A DNA stretch of 64,000 nt from Basidiobolus meristosporus CBS 931.73 (taxonomy: Eukaryota; Fungi; Basidiobolomycota). The notes beneath the pieces were generated by a model. That model saw only the letters and a list, made by a program, of their open reading frames with translations, searched no databases and was not told where the DNA came from. Below, one piece after another: positions 39,168-50,630 of this stretch (position 1 is its first letter; every line of letters begins with the position of its first letter). Made by a program: the position numbers and the translations under genes. The stretch lies in assembly GCA_002104905.1 (NCBI GenBank), contig MCFE01000157.1, positions 62,001-126,000 of the forward strand, written 5' to 3'.

Positions 39168-40648
39168 TCCAGATATATTTGGTCAATATGCTGTCTAAAG
39201 AAGCTCATGAAGTCCAACAAATATTGTGAAGCCCTAAAGTACCGCACTTGGTATCAGTTAAGTGCAAGCATATCTGCTATGTATGATGGCAAACATTAAA
39301 AACATCTAAGAAGCCAGGGCTACTTTGAAGGCATGTATGACCAAGCCTTTGTTGTGACACTTGATGGATTCTCATTAAGCAAGTGCTCTACCAGCAAGTC
39401 CTGTTGGCCACTCATTCTCATCAACTTGAACCAGCCACATATCTTACAGTACTAGAGCCAAAATCTGATGGTAGTCTCACCAGTATCTTGGCCTAAATCA
39501 CTATCCAACTGGATAGCTACTTGTATCCATTGCTGGATGAGTTTTGTATGCTTTCCAATGGGTTAACTGTAAATGGCCATCATGTCAAAGCACATATTAT
39601 TATCTATATTGGAGATATATACTGGACACATCTACAGCTTTAGTGCATGGAGTTTATGATGGTATTTAAGCAGCTATACTACAAGCATAAAGCTGAATGT
39701 GTAGATCTCTGCTGCTACTGTATCCATTCTCTACTCCATCTTGCTTGGTGTGTTGAGAATATTGGACCTTGCCTAACCTTTTTGGAGTTTCCTATGGAGC
39801 AGATGTGTAGGGAGATAGGAAGACTAGTCAAGTCACAGGTATTACCATGTCCTAATCTCATCAAAAATATTACCTTCAAGTCTGTCATGAATGTGATGAG
39901 TTGGCACATGGAGGACAGCCAACAAGGGTTGGAAAATACTGAGGACAGATGTGCACATGGACGCACCTATGCCTATGGCATCAAGAAGCTAAGCAGCCCC
40001 AAAGTGTGGGTGATCAGTCAAGTAATGCAAAGGTGATCTGAGTGCAACAAGCAACTAATTATTATTAGGAGAACTCTACCAAGGTATGCTGGATATTTCT
40101 TGGTTACAAGCCAAGTTCTACACCATTCAATACAGAATAGACGCAAACAAAAGCCAAAGAACGCCTATAAGAGGGTCTAGAATCCAGCAGGGAGAAGGAA
40201 TATATTGGCTAAATACCAAAATGTTCATTGCAGATATTCAGGAGGTATTGATGGCAGAAGTGGCAGTAACCAAGCGTATACTTGCTAGATGTATAGGCTA
40301 CCAGCAATACAAGGTATATGACAACTTTGCAAGTATCACACTAGAAAGCTAAAAAGTTGAGGTGATAGAAGTATGTCAATTGCTACAGGTGTGCATGTTT
40401 GTAGAAGTTAGTAAGCAGGAGTCCATAGTATTTTTTGATTCAAACTATTTGTAGAATACCCAAGGCAGTAGTGGGTAGGCAAACAATGAGGGGTGATTCT
40501 ACAGTGGAATATGCTGTTGTGATCCTGTCATAAAATTGTGTAGATGGTCATTAATTCCAAGCTGCTGGTATTATAAATGTCTACTGACTGGATCTGACAG
40601 CTGATCTGGATTAGATCCACCTGTGGGACCAAATTACATTTCATAGGG
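39168..40648 (+). mobile_element. CMC/EnSpm further copy, transposase 3' portion and terminus
   Basis: 39647..40036 (HSLLHLAWCVENIGP..FPMEQ) and 40086..40352; ends ...ATTTCATAGGG at 40648. Confidence 0.8.
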
Positions 40649-40699
40649 TCCAGCTGTTCTGCTCATGTTGCCCTGAGACACTAGCTTTCAACATCCTCA

Positions 40700-42640
40700 A
40701 CTCTCCCCACCATTTGATAGTCCTTGGAAGCTCATGGCTTAGTCACTATTACCCTGCTATCAGTGGGTAGACCCAAACCCTGATATTCCCCAGAATCCAC
40801 CATGTCAACTCCATGAAACCCCATCTTTTGGTCCTATCTACAACCTCTTGCAGCTTGAGTTGAAAGAGTTCCATAGCTGTATCAAAGAAAACCTCCAGAA
40901 AGTACTATTCTGCACTTTAATAAGTCCCCCACTGGTGCACCAATTCTCATTATCTAAAAAAAGAATGGTACCCTCAGAATGTGTGTAGACTACCATACAC
41001 TGAATAAGATTATAATCAAAAACCAGTACCCTTTGCCCCTTACCAACACCCTGTTGGATCAGCCATAGTTGACCTCAGATGAGCTTATAATCTTGTCATG
41101 ATCAAGCCTGGCAATGAATGGAAAACTGCCTTCAGAACAAGATATGATCACTTTGAGTATAAAGCTATCCCATTTGGTTTCACCAATGCCCCAACTGTCT
41201 CTCAACACCTGATAAATGACATATTCCAACAATACCTTGACCAATTTGTGGTTATCAACCTTGATGATATCTTGATCTACTCCAAAACTCAAGAGGAGCA
41301 TAACTCCTATATGAAGAAAGTCCTGACCAAGCTTGATACTGCTGGCCTCTATGCCAAACTGGAGAAATGTGAGTCTGAGCAGAAAGAGGTTAATTTTCAA
41401 GGTCATCTTATATGCTCAAATGAAAAGAGAACTAACGCCAGGAATGTAGAAGCCATCCAGTCCTGGAAAACTCCAGGATATGTAAAAGAAATGCAGTCCT
41501 TCCTTGGATTTGCCATCTTCTATCATAGATTCATTACCAACTACTCCAAGATAGTCACTGCTTTGACAAAGCTCACCCAAAACAGTCCACCCTTGGCCTG
41601 GAATGAGGAACAGTCTGAGTCCTTTAAATCCATCAAGGAATCATTCTTGTGTGCCTCCCTGCTTGCCCACTCTGACCTTGAGAAGCCTTTCATCATAGAA
41701 ACTGATGCCTCTGACTTTGCCCTTCAATCTATCTTTTCCTAGTATACCAACTAGAACCTATAATACCCTATTGCACTCTAATCTTAGATATTTACTCTAG
41801 CAGAAACAAATTATGATATCCATGACAAGGGACTATTTGCAACTACTGTTGCCTTTGGACAATGGAGATACTGCCCTGATGGTGTAGCTCAAACAATAAA
41901 GATCTTCAGCAACCACAAGAGCCTGGAGTTCTTTACTGCTGCATAAGTACTCAACCAAAGGCAAGCCAGATGATCCCTCTTCCTGGCCAGCTTTCCCTTT
42001 GTTATCACCTGTGGACTAGGTATAAAACAAGGAAAACCATGTACCCTGTCCAGAAAGGTGGAATATTCCCTTGAAGAAGGGGATGATGCCTATTGGCAAA
42101 TGAAAAGCCCTGTACTCAGCAAAAGACACTTTGAACTCCTTGCAATGCAGTCCTCCAGTATCATTACTCCCTTGCTCCTTGAGAATGTCAAGACCAGCCA
42201 AGCTGCCAATTCTACAGCTGCAAAATCAAGAAATATCTCAAGTCTTCCATTGACTAGCCACCCAAGTTCCCAAATCTCCAGTACCTGCATCTGTTCAATC
42301 ACATCATCTACCACAAGCCTTAACCGCTTGCCCCAGTCCTTGATATGCAGTTGGATATCATCCATTCTTGCCATGATTCAACAGCTGCAGGACATTTTGC
42401 TGCTACCAAAACCCCCTATGAGAAGTTATTGTGATGAACCCATCAGAAGGCCATCACAAACTCTAAGTCCTGTAACTAAGAGGTATTACTCCCATCAGGT
42501 CACTGTGCAAAGACTGTCAAAAAATATGCACCCCAGATTTCATAAACAACTTAGTAAATATTTTTTTGCCACAACAATACAAAAGTGGACTTTGATTGGT
42601 TCTCTGCCAATTTTCTCACTTTCCAATCCTAGACACTCTA
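40700..42640 (+). mobile_element. Second Ty3/Gypsy relic (RT, RNase H, start of integrase; no LTR seen)
   Basis: 41098..41742: WKTAFRTRYDHFEY, LDDILIYS, MQSFLGFA, FIIETDASDFA. Confidence 0.85.
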
Positions 42641-44398
42641 TCACCTCCTATGTTTGTGTGCATCAATTGGCTATTGCCTCTTTTTCACACTCATGACTTC
42701 CTGACTCAACTGCTTCTTGTACTTTTCATGCGTACAAATTGATTTATTTCCGCTGAAACTTCAGTTGTACTTCAATTGCCAACTGTATCAACTTATAGAA
42801 GTCCCTATACCTTACAATAACATTAAGCCCAACCCCACACTCAACAAGTAACTCCATTAAAATCCACCACTCAATAAGTATCTCTGCTGTAACACTCTGT
42901 TTCCATGACTTTGGCAGGAACCCTATGGCTTTATGCCACAGTTCATTCACTGGTTCCCATACATCCTGGTGTTCAGTTAGCACTGCAAGGACTAGCACCT
43001 CATCTGCCAGTCTTTGCAATAAGTCCTTGCAATATTCAAGTGCATTTTCTTGAGCACTGCTCTTGAAGAAGTGCTGCAACCTAGTAGTGTGCCTATTAAT
43101 GTTCCAAAATTCCACTGAAGGCATTGTGATAATCTTTTGAGTTCTTAACACTGTTATTTTGTCTGTCAGTGGGATCTCCACTCTGTCAACAATGGGGGTG
43201 TGGAGGCTGTGGTAGCCACATTGCCTTTCTCTGCAAACTCATCTACCTCACTGGAGTGTAGCTCAACTGGCTGCACTTCCAACTCTTGTGAGAATAGCTG
43301 TTTTCTTGTTGGTAATTCTTCTTAGCTATGATGGGATTCAGTCTGTTCCAGGCTTACAGCATTGATTTCTCTTGCAGCTTTTTTCTTACACTTCCCTGAG
43401 TCTGGCTTGGGTAGACTTTTTTCCCTTACCTTTTCCTTTATCACTGACTGGTCTCTCACTGCTACTTTGTCTGAGTTCCTCTTGTATTGAACCACATTTT
43501 CTCCTTAATGCATGCTGTTCTGATGCATCTGTTCTGACCTGCTTGTCCCATGCTGGCACTCTGTGAGCAACCTGTTGCTTCTTTTCTTCTTGTTTCAAGC
43601 TCTCAGCCCATGCTGTGAAAGGCTCCTAAGATAACCACCTGTTTTTATCACTGTCAGGTCCTTCACTGCTACTTTGACTGAGTGCTTCTTCAATAGAACT
43701 ACACTTTTTCCTTGGAAAATGTTGTGCTGGTGAGTCTGTCTGCCTGCTTCTCCTGTATTGGTACTCTTCCAGTTACCTGATGTCACTTTGGTGCTTGTTT
43801 GGAGCTTTTGGCCCTACATGTAACAGGCTCTTGAGGAAGCTGCTGGTTTTTAGCCATTGCACCCTTGTTCTTCTGCCTTTGATAGTTACTGCTATTCTTG
43901 AGATACTTTCTTAGCATACCAATGTGGGCCCAAAATCTGTTTGCATGTTAGAATCCAGGATAATGCTCATGGAGCAAGTCAGGTGCATTCTGCTTGGCCT
44001 TGAGTTCCTGATGGCCCCATGGTATGCCAGCCTTAAGGTGTTTGCATGCTAGGCTTCAAGCAGCCTCTTGAGTATTAGCCCACTCTTCAACATTGCACTC
44101 AACAGCTTGACAGATCTTCAATGTCTTCCAATTTTTTGGCTTTGGTATAAGCACTTCATTTTCTCCCTCCAATGCTGTGATAAGTTTTTCTGTGGGCTTT
44201 ATCTTTGGGCACTAATGTTGTGCTTCCAAGGCTGTATGGTGTTCCTCTGCAGTTACATTGGGAAATGGCTCAATTCTTGGCTGTGATATTGAGCTACTTG
44301 AGTTCCTTCTGTGCAGCAAAGATACCACTTTCTCAACCTGGGATATTTACTAATCTACATATATTATCTGCTCATCCTGTTTCTGGACTATTTCCTGA
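42640..44398 (-). mobile_element. CMC/EnSpm second-gene fragment (copy H)
   Basis: 42744..43181 matches 28893..29351 (EFWNINRHT.RLQHFFK..AQENALEY); 43200..44398 matches 35470..36690. Confidence 0.8.
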
Positions 44399-44749
44399 AG
44401 TTTATCATCTGGGTTCCTGGTGTTTTGCTGGAAATATTCAAGGTGAATCTCAACAAGAAGTTTGGCCAGAATTCATTAAGACTTGTAGACTATGATAAGG
44501 TGAATATAAGTGCAATTACTGAATACACAAAAAACCCATAATCTACTTGTCCTCCCAATCACTTGCAATATCTCCAGAACTCTTACAACACAGACCACCA
44601 TCAAAATATCATCACATGAATAGCAAGAAGAACAGGAACACCTACTTGCAGCTATTGTGGCAGTGTCTTGATTGTATCTTAGCATCTAATATGGATTGGA
44701 CCAACCCATGGGGCCAGATTATGTCTCACAAGGAAATGGTAAATTGATG

Positions 44750-45560
44750 ATATACCTAATTAGGCAAGAGGCAGGGGTCAGTTACTATAAAGTATAAGGG
44801 CTTGTCAAAGTTGGTGCAGTAATACATAGATTTATGTCCAAGATTTCAATGGGAATCAGCCACTTAGGGTACAATATATGTACATTGACCAAGGGAGCCA
44901 GTTGGTGAGGAGTGTGAAACATGTGCAACAGCCAATCATTATGTTAGTACATAAGGGTATATAGGCTTCCAGGATTGGGAAGTGAGAAAAATGTCATGAG
45001 CCAATCCACAGAAGTTTAGGAGATACTGAGCTCCACAATTTTGACTGAGTTGTTTTGAATGCCCAAGGTACAACTTTTTTGGGTGGGTATTTGCATGTTC
45101 TCCTGATGACTACTATGTCTCTCTATCACAGGATCTCAACTTGATGGTAGTCTTTTGAGGGGACTATAAGAAATATCTTTCAAAGAGAGATTTGTGATTT
45201 GCTGGAAAATAGGTATATAGGATGTGCACCAGTTTTGGAAGAAGATCTTCAAGTGACTGCGATTCCACCACCACCACCGTCTCCCAGTGTGATGACTGCA
45301 CAAATCTAAGATGGAAATGACCATGCTCAGGTAAATATTCAGGCGGAAATAAGATACTTCCATCATGATGATGCAGCATAAAGGCTCGAGTAAAGACATT
45401 GGGTATGACCCTGAATCCATCCAAGAATTGTTACACACACCAATGCCTATTCGCGGATATTCCTGGAAGTCCCATATGCAAAGAATATACCTTGCTGTAT
45501 TGCAAGTATACTCCAGACATTTGGGTGTCGTTATGGCCTCACTTGGAGCGCCAGATTATG
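44750..45560 (-). pseudogene. Possible non-LTR retrotransposon endonuclease (APE-like) relic
   Basis: Only loose motif echoes across frames (ILCIWDFQE, GIGV, RLNIYL, DYHQVE.PV.ER); not a secure match. Confidence 0.25.
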
Positions 45561-45947
45561 CAACCAGTAGTCTCGTAGTGTGAATGAGAATTCCATAGAG
45601 ACAAAGGGATTGTAAATGCCTAACCAGAAGGATGTATTCCACCGATCGATAGAGCATTCGCGAACGCCATCATCTAAGAGTTGCGGAGCGTGAGACACTT
45701 CCAAGGCAACAACAATTGTGGCGCGTGAGGAATTGAGCGATATCTCAGGGATGATCAAGATTCCCCCTTCCGAAACCTAAACGGGACTCAATCTAAATGG
45801 CATTCCGGTGATTTTGAGGCAGCAGTTGGTGGGTAATGAAAGAGGGTTCGGGATCCCTTCCGATTTATTACTAGGAAATGGGTGTGAATTACTTTTTTAT
45901 GTTAAGCCCTAACTTCTAAGGATTATCAAATGGTCAACCAGCGGGAA

Positions 45948-46754
45948 TTAATCCACAATGGGTGTGGCAAGGTTGTAGGTCTTTCCACCTTGTGAGTAGT
46001 CGATGCCCTGCTCGCGCTCGTAGGCTGGTGGGAACAGACGTCTCTTCTCATCGTAGTACGTGTTACGGAGGTCTCCTTCCCGGGCTGCGTTGTAGGTGAG
46101 ATACACTGCTGTCCGGTTCTTCTCAGTGTTGTTGGGCCCTGACCTGTGTGGCAAGTAGGCTCCGAAAATCAGCACATCCCGTGGTCCACAGGTGAGGGGA
46201 ACCCATTCCTCCTTCTCACACCACTCCACAGAGATGGACCCATCCTTTTCCTCTTGTGGTAGCACCCCAAGCTTGTGCTTCTTGGGGACAGCCCACAGAC
46301 ATCCATTCTCGATGGTGAACGGGTCCACCCCAAACATCACTGTGACATGAGAAGATTGCCCGAACTGGGTGAATGCTGGAGCATCCTGGTGGGCTGGGAA
46401 CCCACCTCCGCCTGGCATCTTGAAGTTGATCTTCTCTTTGAACAGCACCGCTGGCTCTCCTGTCAACACCTCCAGCGCGGTCATCACCTTCTCACCAAGA
46501 ATGATGTTGCGAAGCGCCTCGTGGAACGGGGTGAAGTTCTCGATGCGGCACAGCTGACGCTCCCCGGTCTTCACGTTGTTCTCATAGTAGCGCATCCACT
46601 TCCCCTTTGTCTCGGGCCATTCCCTGATCTCCTGGATGGCACTGGCCACCAGGACAGTCTCTTCAGGAGTGAGGTAGTCCTTGAGGATGATGTAGCCTTC
46701 GTTGTCGTAGAAGGATTTCTGCTCGGCACTGATGAATTCGGAAGTGGTGGCCAT
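45948..46754 (-). CDS. phnY: Fe(II)/2-oxoglutarate dioxygenase, PhyH family, PhnY*-like (2-aminoethylphosphonate dioxygenase-like), copy 1; 268 aa, intronless
   Basis: LFKEKINFKMPGGGGFPAHQD, with H122-x-D124...H203 triad and R214. Start set at the ATG at 46754 by alignment with copy 2. Substrate is inferred. Confidence 0.8.
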   Translation of the reverse strand: MATTSEFISAEQKSFYDNEGYIILKDYLTPEETVLVASAIQEIREWPETKGKWMRYYENNVKTGERQLCRIENFTPFHEALRNIILGEKVMTALEVLTGEPAVLFKEKINFKMPGGGGFPAHQDAPAFTQFGQSSHVTVMFGVDPFTIENGCLWAVPKKHKLGVLPQEEKDGSISVEWCEKEEWVPLTCGPRDVLIFGAYLPHRSGPNNTEKNRTAVYLTYNAAREGDLRNTYYDEKRRLFPPAYEREQGIDYSQGGKTYNLATPIVD

Positions 46755-47595
46755 GTTCTGGTTTTTGGAAGGGGAGAACTTGTTGATATGCATCCATACA
46801 TAAATCCAGGGGAATTTTATACTGCACCTTCACCAAGTCACTGGGAACTCCTCACACAAACCATTTGGAGATTTATGGACTGGTGCGACTGCTGTGATGA
46901 CTTGACGCCACCAATTACCTTCCGTGAAAATCCCACCTTCTCTGGAACCCGATCAGATTGGTATGTCGATGCGCTCTGGCTCGTATCAACCGTCCATGCG
47001 GTATAATCGTGACTAACCCGATCTCCGAGATGAGTTGGGGTTTCAAGGATGACGTGCGTAACATTTCATAACAGACCATTCATCCTCCACCAAAAAGTTC
47101 CTACTTCCGGTAAGACAAAGGTTCATTACGCGCCCCGTCAACGGAATCGGAGTTCAACCTGGCAGGACTAACATCTTATCATGATAACGACCCCCTCCCC
47201 TTTGTGCACACGTACAAACGGCTCAATTATCTCTATTATGATTAAGGCTTTTCGGCAGCATCATCCGCACTCATGGCCATTCTGCGTTTCTCAGTATCGC
47301 GCCTTTCTGGTATATTTCTCGATTCAAGGAGCACAGAACAGAGATGCTTCATGTAGAGATAGAATGGATCTCGCTGAGCCCTTGAAACCCAGTGGACGAT
47401 GAAGTAATGGATTTTCAAGCCCAGCCAATCACAACGTGGAGTGTGGAATTCCCAGCCCTCCCTTTAATATTTGCCTAATGATAATCATGCGGATATTTCC
47501 TATTGTTTAAGAGGTCATTGTATCCGGCTCTCGTATTTATTACACCATTAAGGAAACTTTGGAGCCTAGATCTTTGCTGACTTCTTCCCTTCCCA

Positions 47596-48594
47596 ATGCC
47601 CCGCCTAAGTCGTGAACAACCTCTGGGTACACCGGTTGGAGAATTAAGTTTTCGTGAGTATCGCCGAAGGTACTGGAAAGATTGGGTGTTGCTGATCTGT
47701 ACGGCGATCTTGGGCTTCGGCCTTTATGTGGCCAAACCTGCATCTACTAGGGTATTTTCAATCTATGATAACGCTGTGTCTACCTCCTCCCCATCAGCCC
47801 CCCTCACGAGGCATTTGACCAATGTGGATAACTCGTATCCAATCAAACCCGAGATCATTCCCATGTGGCTGAGCGGCTTCCTCTCCTTCATCCTGTGCTT
47901 CCTCACCTTTGCCATCGCTCAGTATTGGAAGCGCTCTTGGACCGACTTTCATACCGCTATGATGGGAATGTTCTACTCTATGGGTGGCTCGGGCTTGTTC
48001 CAGGTGTTCTGCAAATGGCTAATTGGTGGATTCAGGCCCCACTTTCTTGAAGTGTGCAAACCGGATCTGAGCAAGTTGGCGGGGTCTGGTGCTGGTGAGG
48101 GATTCGGTCAGATATACTACGATAGAACCATTTGTACCGGCGATCCTACAGAGATCAATGATGCATTGCAGAGCTTCCCAAGTGGTCACTCGAATGCCGC
48201 TTGGGCAGGTCTCTTGTTCCTGTTCTACTATCTGAATGCCAACCTCAAGCTTTATTCCAACCGGCGAACGCCCTACTGGAAGTTGCTGGTGGTCACGCTT
48301 CCGGTGTTGGTAGCCCTTCTGCTATCACTGAGCCGACTGGTGGACTACACGCATCATTGGTATGACATATTTGTAGGGGGGATCATTGGGTGTGTTTATG
48401 CCACGCTAAGTTGGAGAATGCAATATGCATCTATCTGGGATTGGAGAACGAATCATCTTCCACTGGACAATCTTGATGAGCAAAACATATCAACAAATAT
48501 GCTGCCTCTCAACAACCCTCCTCATTTGCCAGAAAACTCCCTTGAGCAAGAGACGAGCGACAGCGTGATAGAAGTAAATGGGAAAGTGAACTAA
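47596..48594 (+). CDS. PAP2/LPP-family membrane lipid-phosphate phosphatase (DPP1/LPP1-like), copy 1; 332 aa, intronless
   Basis: All three motifs present: KWLIGGFRP, SFPSGH, SRLVDYTHHWYD; several hydrophobic segments. Confidence 0.92.
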   Translation: MPRLSREQPLGTPVGELSFREYRRRYWKDWVLLICTAILGFGLYVAKPASTRVFSIYDNAVSTSSPSAPLTRHLTNVDNSYPIKPEIIPMWLSGFLSFILCFLTFAIAQYWKRSWTDFHTAMMGMFYSMGGSGLFQVFCKWLIGGFRPHFLEVCKPDLSKLAGSGAGEGFGQIYYDRTICTGDPTEINDALQSFPSGHSNAAWAGLLFLFYYLNANLKLYSNRRTPYWKLLVVTLPVLVALLLSLSRLVDYTHHWYDIFVGGIIGCVYATLSWRMQYASIWDWRTNHLPLDNLDEQNISTNMLPLNNPPHLPENSLEQETSDSVIEVNGKVN

Positions 48595-49087
48595 GCAGTA
48601 GACAACCATCATCAAATGGTGCAGCTTATTGATGATTGGTAGAGCCCAAGAGGGAATATTCAAAGTAGAGTCATGTACCAAAACGTACAACAGTAGATTG
48701 TTATACATTATATGTCAAGCATCCAGATTGCATGATCAACATCTGTATTTCAAGGTATTAAAATGCAATGCTGAAGCACGTGCTCGGCGATCGATCATTT
48801 CTCAGGACCCAACAACTCGGTTAAGCATATTTAGTAATTGGACTACCCCAAAGTGTTTCGACATCCCAGGGGAATTATTGGCCATGGATGTGGGATTGTT
48901 TGCATTGATCAGAAAACTACATGAAATCACGGTTTCCTTTGTTGAAGGCAGATGGCCAACTCTGAGCACTTGATTTGCTGAAAGATTTATTTAAAGTTCC
49001 GTGATCCTGCGAACGTTTGGCCTGTGGTAACTCGAACTGGAGGCTGTTACATTCGCAGCCCGTCCTTCAACCATAGGTGTGTTAGAT

Positions 49088-50083
49088 ATGCCATATGTAC
49101 GTGCGACAGCGCCACAATATAATTCCATAGGTAACCTTTCCTTCCACGAATACCGTAAGCGATACTGGAAGGATTGGGTATTGTTGGTGTGTACGGCCAT
49201 TTTAGGCTTCGGTCTTTATGTAGCCAAACCTGCATCTACTAGGGTATTTTCAATCTATGATAACGCTGTGTCTACCTCCTCCCCATCAGCCCCCCTCACG
49301 AGGCATTTGACCAATGTGGATAACTCGTATCCAATCAAACCCGAGATCATTCCCATGTGGCTGAGCGGCTTCCTCTCCTTCATCCTGTGCTTCCTCACCT
49401 TTGCCATCGCTCAGTATTGGAAGCGCTCTTGGACCGACTTTCATACCGCTATGATGGGAATGTTCTACTCTATGGGTGGCTCGGGCTTGTTCCAGGTGTT
49501 CTGCAAATGGCTAATTGGTGGATTCAGGCCCCACTTTCTTGAAGTGTGCAAACCGGATCTGAGCAAGTTGGCGGGGTCTGGTGCTGGTGAGGGATTCGGT
49601 CAGATATACTACGATAGAACCATTTGTACCGGCGATCCTACAGAGATCAATGATGCATTGCAGAGCTTCCCAAGTGGCCACTCGAATGCCGCTTGGGCAG
49701 GCCTCTTGTTCCTGTTCTACTATCTGAATGCCAACCTCAAGCTTTATTCCAACCGGCGAACGCCCTACTGGAAGTTGCTGGTGGTCACGCTTCCGGTGTT
49801 GGTAGCCCTTCTGCTATCACTGAGCCGACTGGTGGACTACACGCATCATTGGTATGACATATTTGTAGGGGGGATCATTGGGTGTGTTTATGCCACGCTA
49901 AGTTGGAGAATGCAATATGCATCTATCTGGGATTGGAGGAACAACGATCTACCACTAGATTTTCTGGAGGAGGAAGGAGATTTGAGAGTCTCATCCTCAT
50001 CCAAGGCTAACCATTCAGATTACAACAGTAAGATCAACGCAGTGGAATCCACCTCCAAATCCCACGAGCAGGTGGATCCATGA
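49088..50083 (+). CDS. PAP2/LPP-family phosphatase, copy 2; 331 aa, intronless
   Basis: Same three motifs; first ATG at 49088; N- and C-termini differ from copy 1. Confidence 0.92.
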   Translation: MPYVRATAPQYNSIGNLSFHEYRKRYWKDWVLLVCTAILGFGLYVAKPASTRVFSIYDNAVSTSSPSAPLTRHLTNVDNSYPIKPEIIPMWLSGFLSFILCFLTFAIAQYWKRSWTDFHTAMMGMFYSMGGSGLFQVFCKWLIGGFRPHFLEVCKPDLSKLAGSGAGEGFGQIYYDRTICTGDPTEINDALQSFPSGHSNAAWAGLLFLFYYLNANLKLYSNRRTPYWKLLVVTLPVLVALLLSLSRLVDYTHHWYDIFVGGIIGCVYATLSWRMQYASIWDWRNNDLPLDFLEEEGDLRVSSSSKANHSDYNSKINAVESTSKSHEQVDP

Positions 50084-50630
50084 CCTATCCCATACTGAAA
50101 TTTATCTAGTTTGAGTCATCGAACCCTAACGCAACTAACAGCAAATAAATCTTCCAATTACTTGTGCACATTCGGGATTGCATCATCCATCGAAACCATT
50201 TCCATCCGTATAGAGCCTGATAATGGCATGTCGGTGTCCAGACACGTAGAGGTTTGAAATTGAGTAATACAGCGAAGTGGGCCTCACCTGACCCACGATT
50301 TCCACCGCTCCTGATCGTAATTTACTCTACATGGAGTAGAACGTTTGACCACATGCTGTTATTATCGTGACTTAAAATGGTAAATTAAGAGCGAGATATA
50401 GATTCCCCATGGCCCACGGGTTGACGATATTCGTGGAACCAGATGAGCCATTTCCCAGCAATCATTGGCTTGCTGGGTATATTCACATCCCTCTTGTGAC
50501 AAACACCAGTTTACATTAACCAAGATTTCGGTTCAACCTTGAAAGGCACAGGGCTAGTCGTGCAGTATAAAAGCGTTCATACGATGACTACAGAATCACT
50601 GAAAACGCGGAATAATCCTGGTTAATCAAG

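Noticed and set aside
44500-44589. Sequence resembling the 3' end of the Copia-family LTR
   Set aside because: The similarity is visible (TAATCTACTTGT..CTCTTACAACA) but no matching 5' end or TSD was found, so it is not listed as a feature.
1-45250. Classical ascomycete RIP (CpA to TpA) as the cause of TE decay
   Set aside because: CA and TG are abundant while CG is nearly absent, which fits CpG deamination better. A computed substitution spectrum is needed to exclude a minor RIP-like component.
45948-46793. 281-aa version of phnY copy 1, and alternative labels (ectoine hydroxylase, phytanoyl-CoA hydroxylase, TmpA)
   Set aside because: The downstream ATG at 46754 aligns with the start of copy 2. 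The EctD signature (F.WHSDFETWH) is absent, TmpA belongs to the BBOX-like family, and the adjacent PhnZ favours a PhnY*-like role.
46275-47006. 243-aa plus-strand ORF (and its twin at 50622..51110 minus)
   Set aside because: Antisense shadows of the phnY copies; their similarity simply reflects the duplicated phnY sequence.
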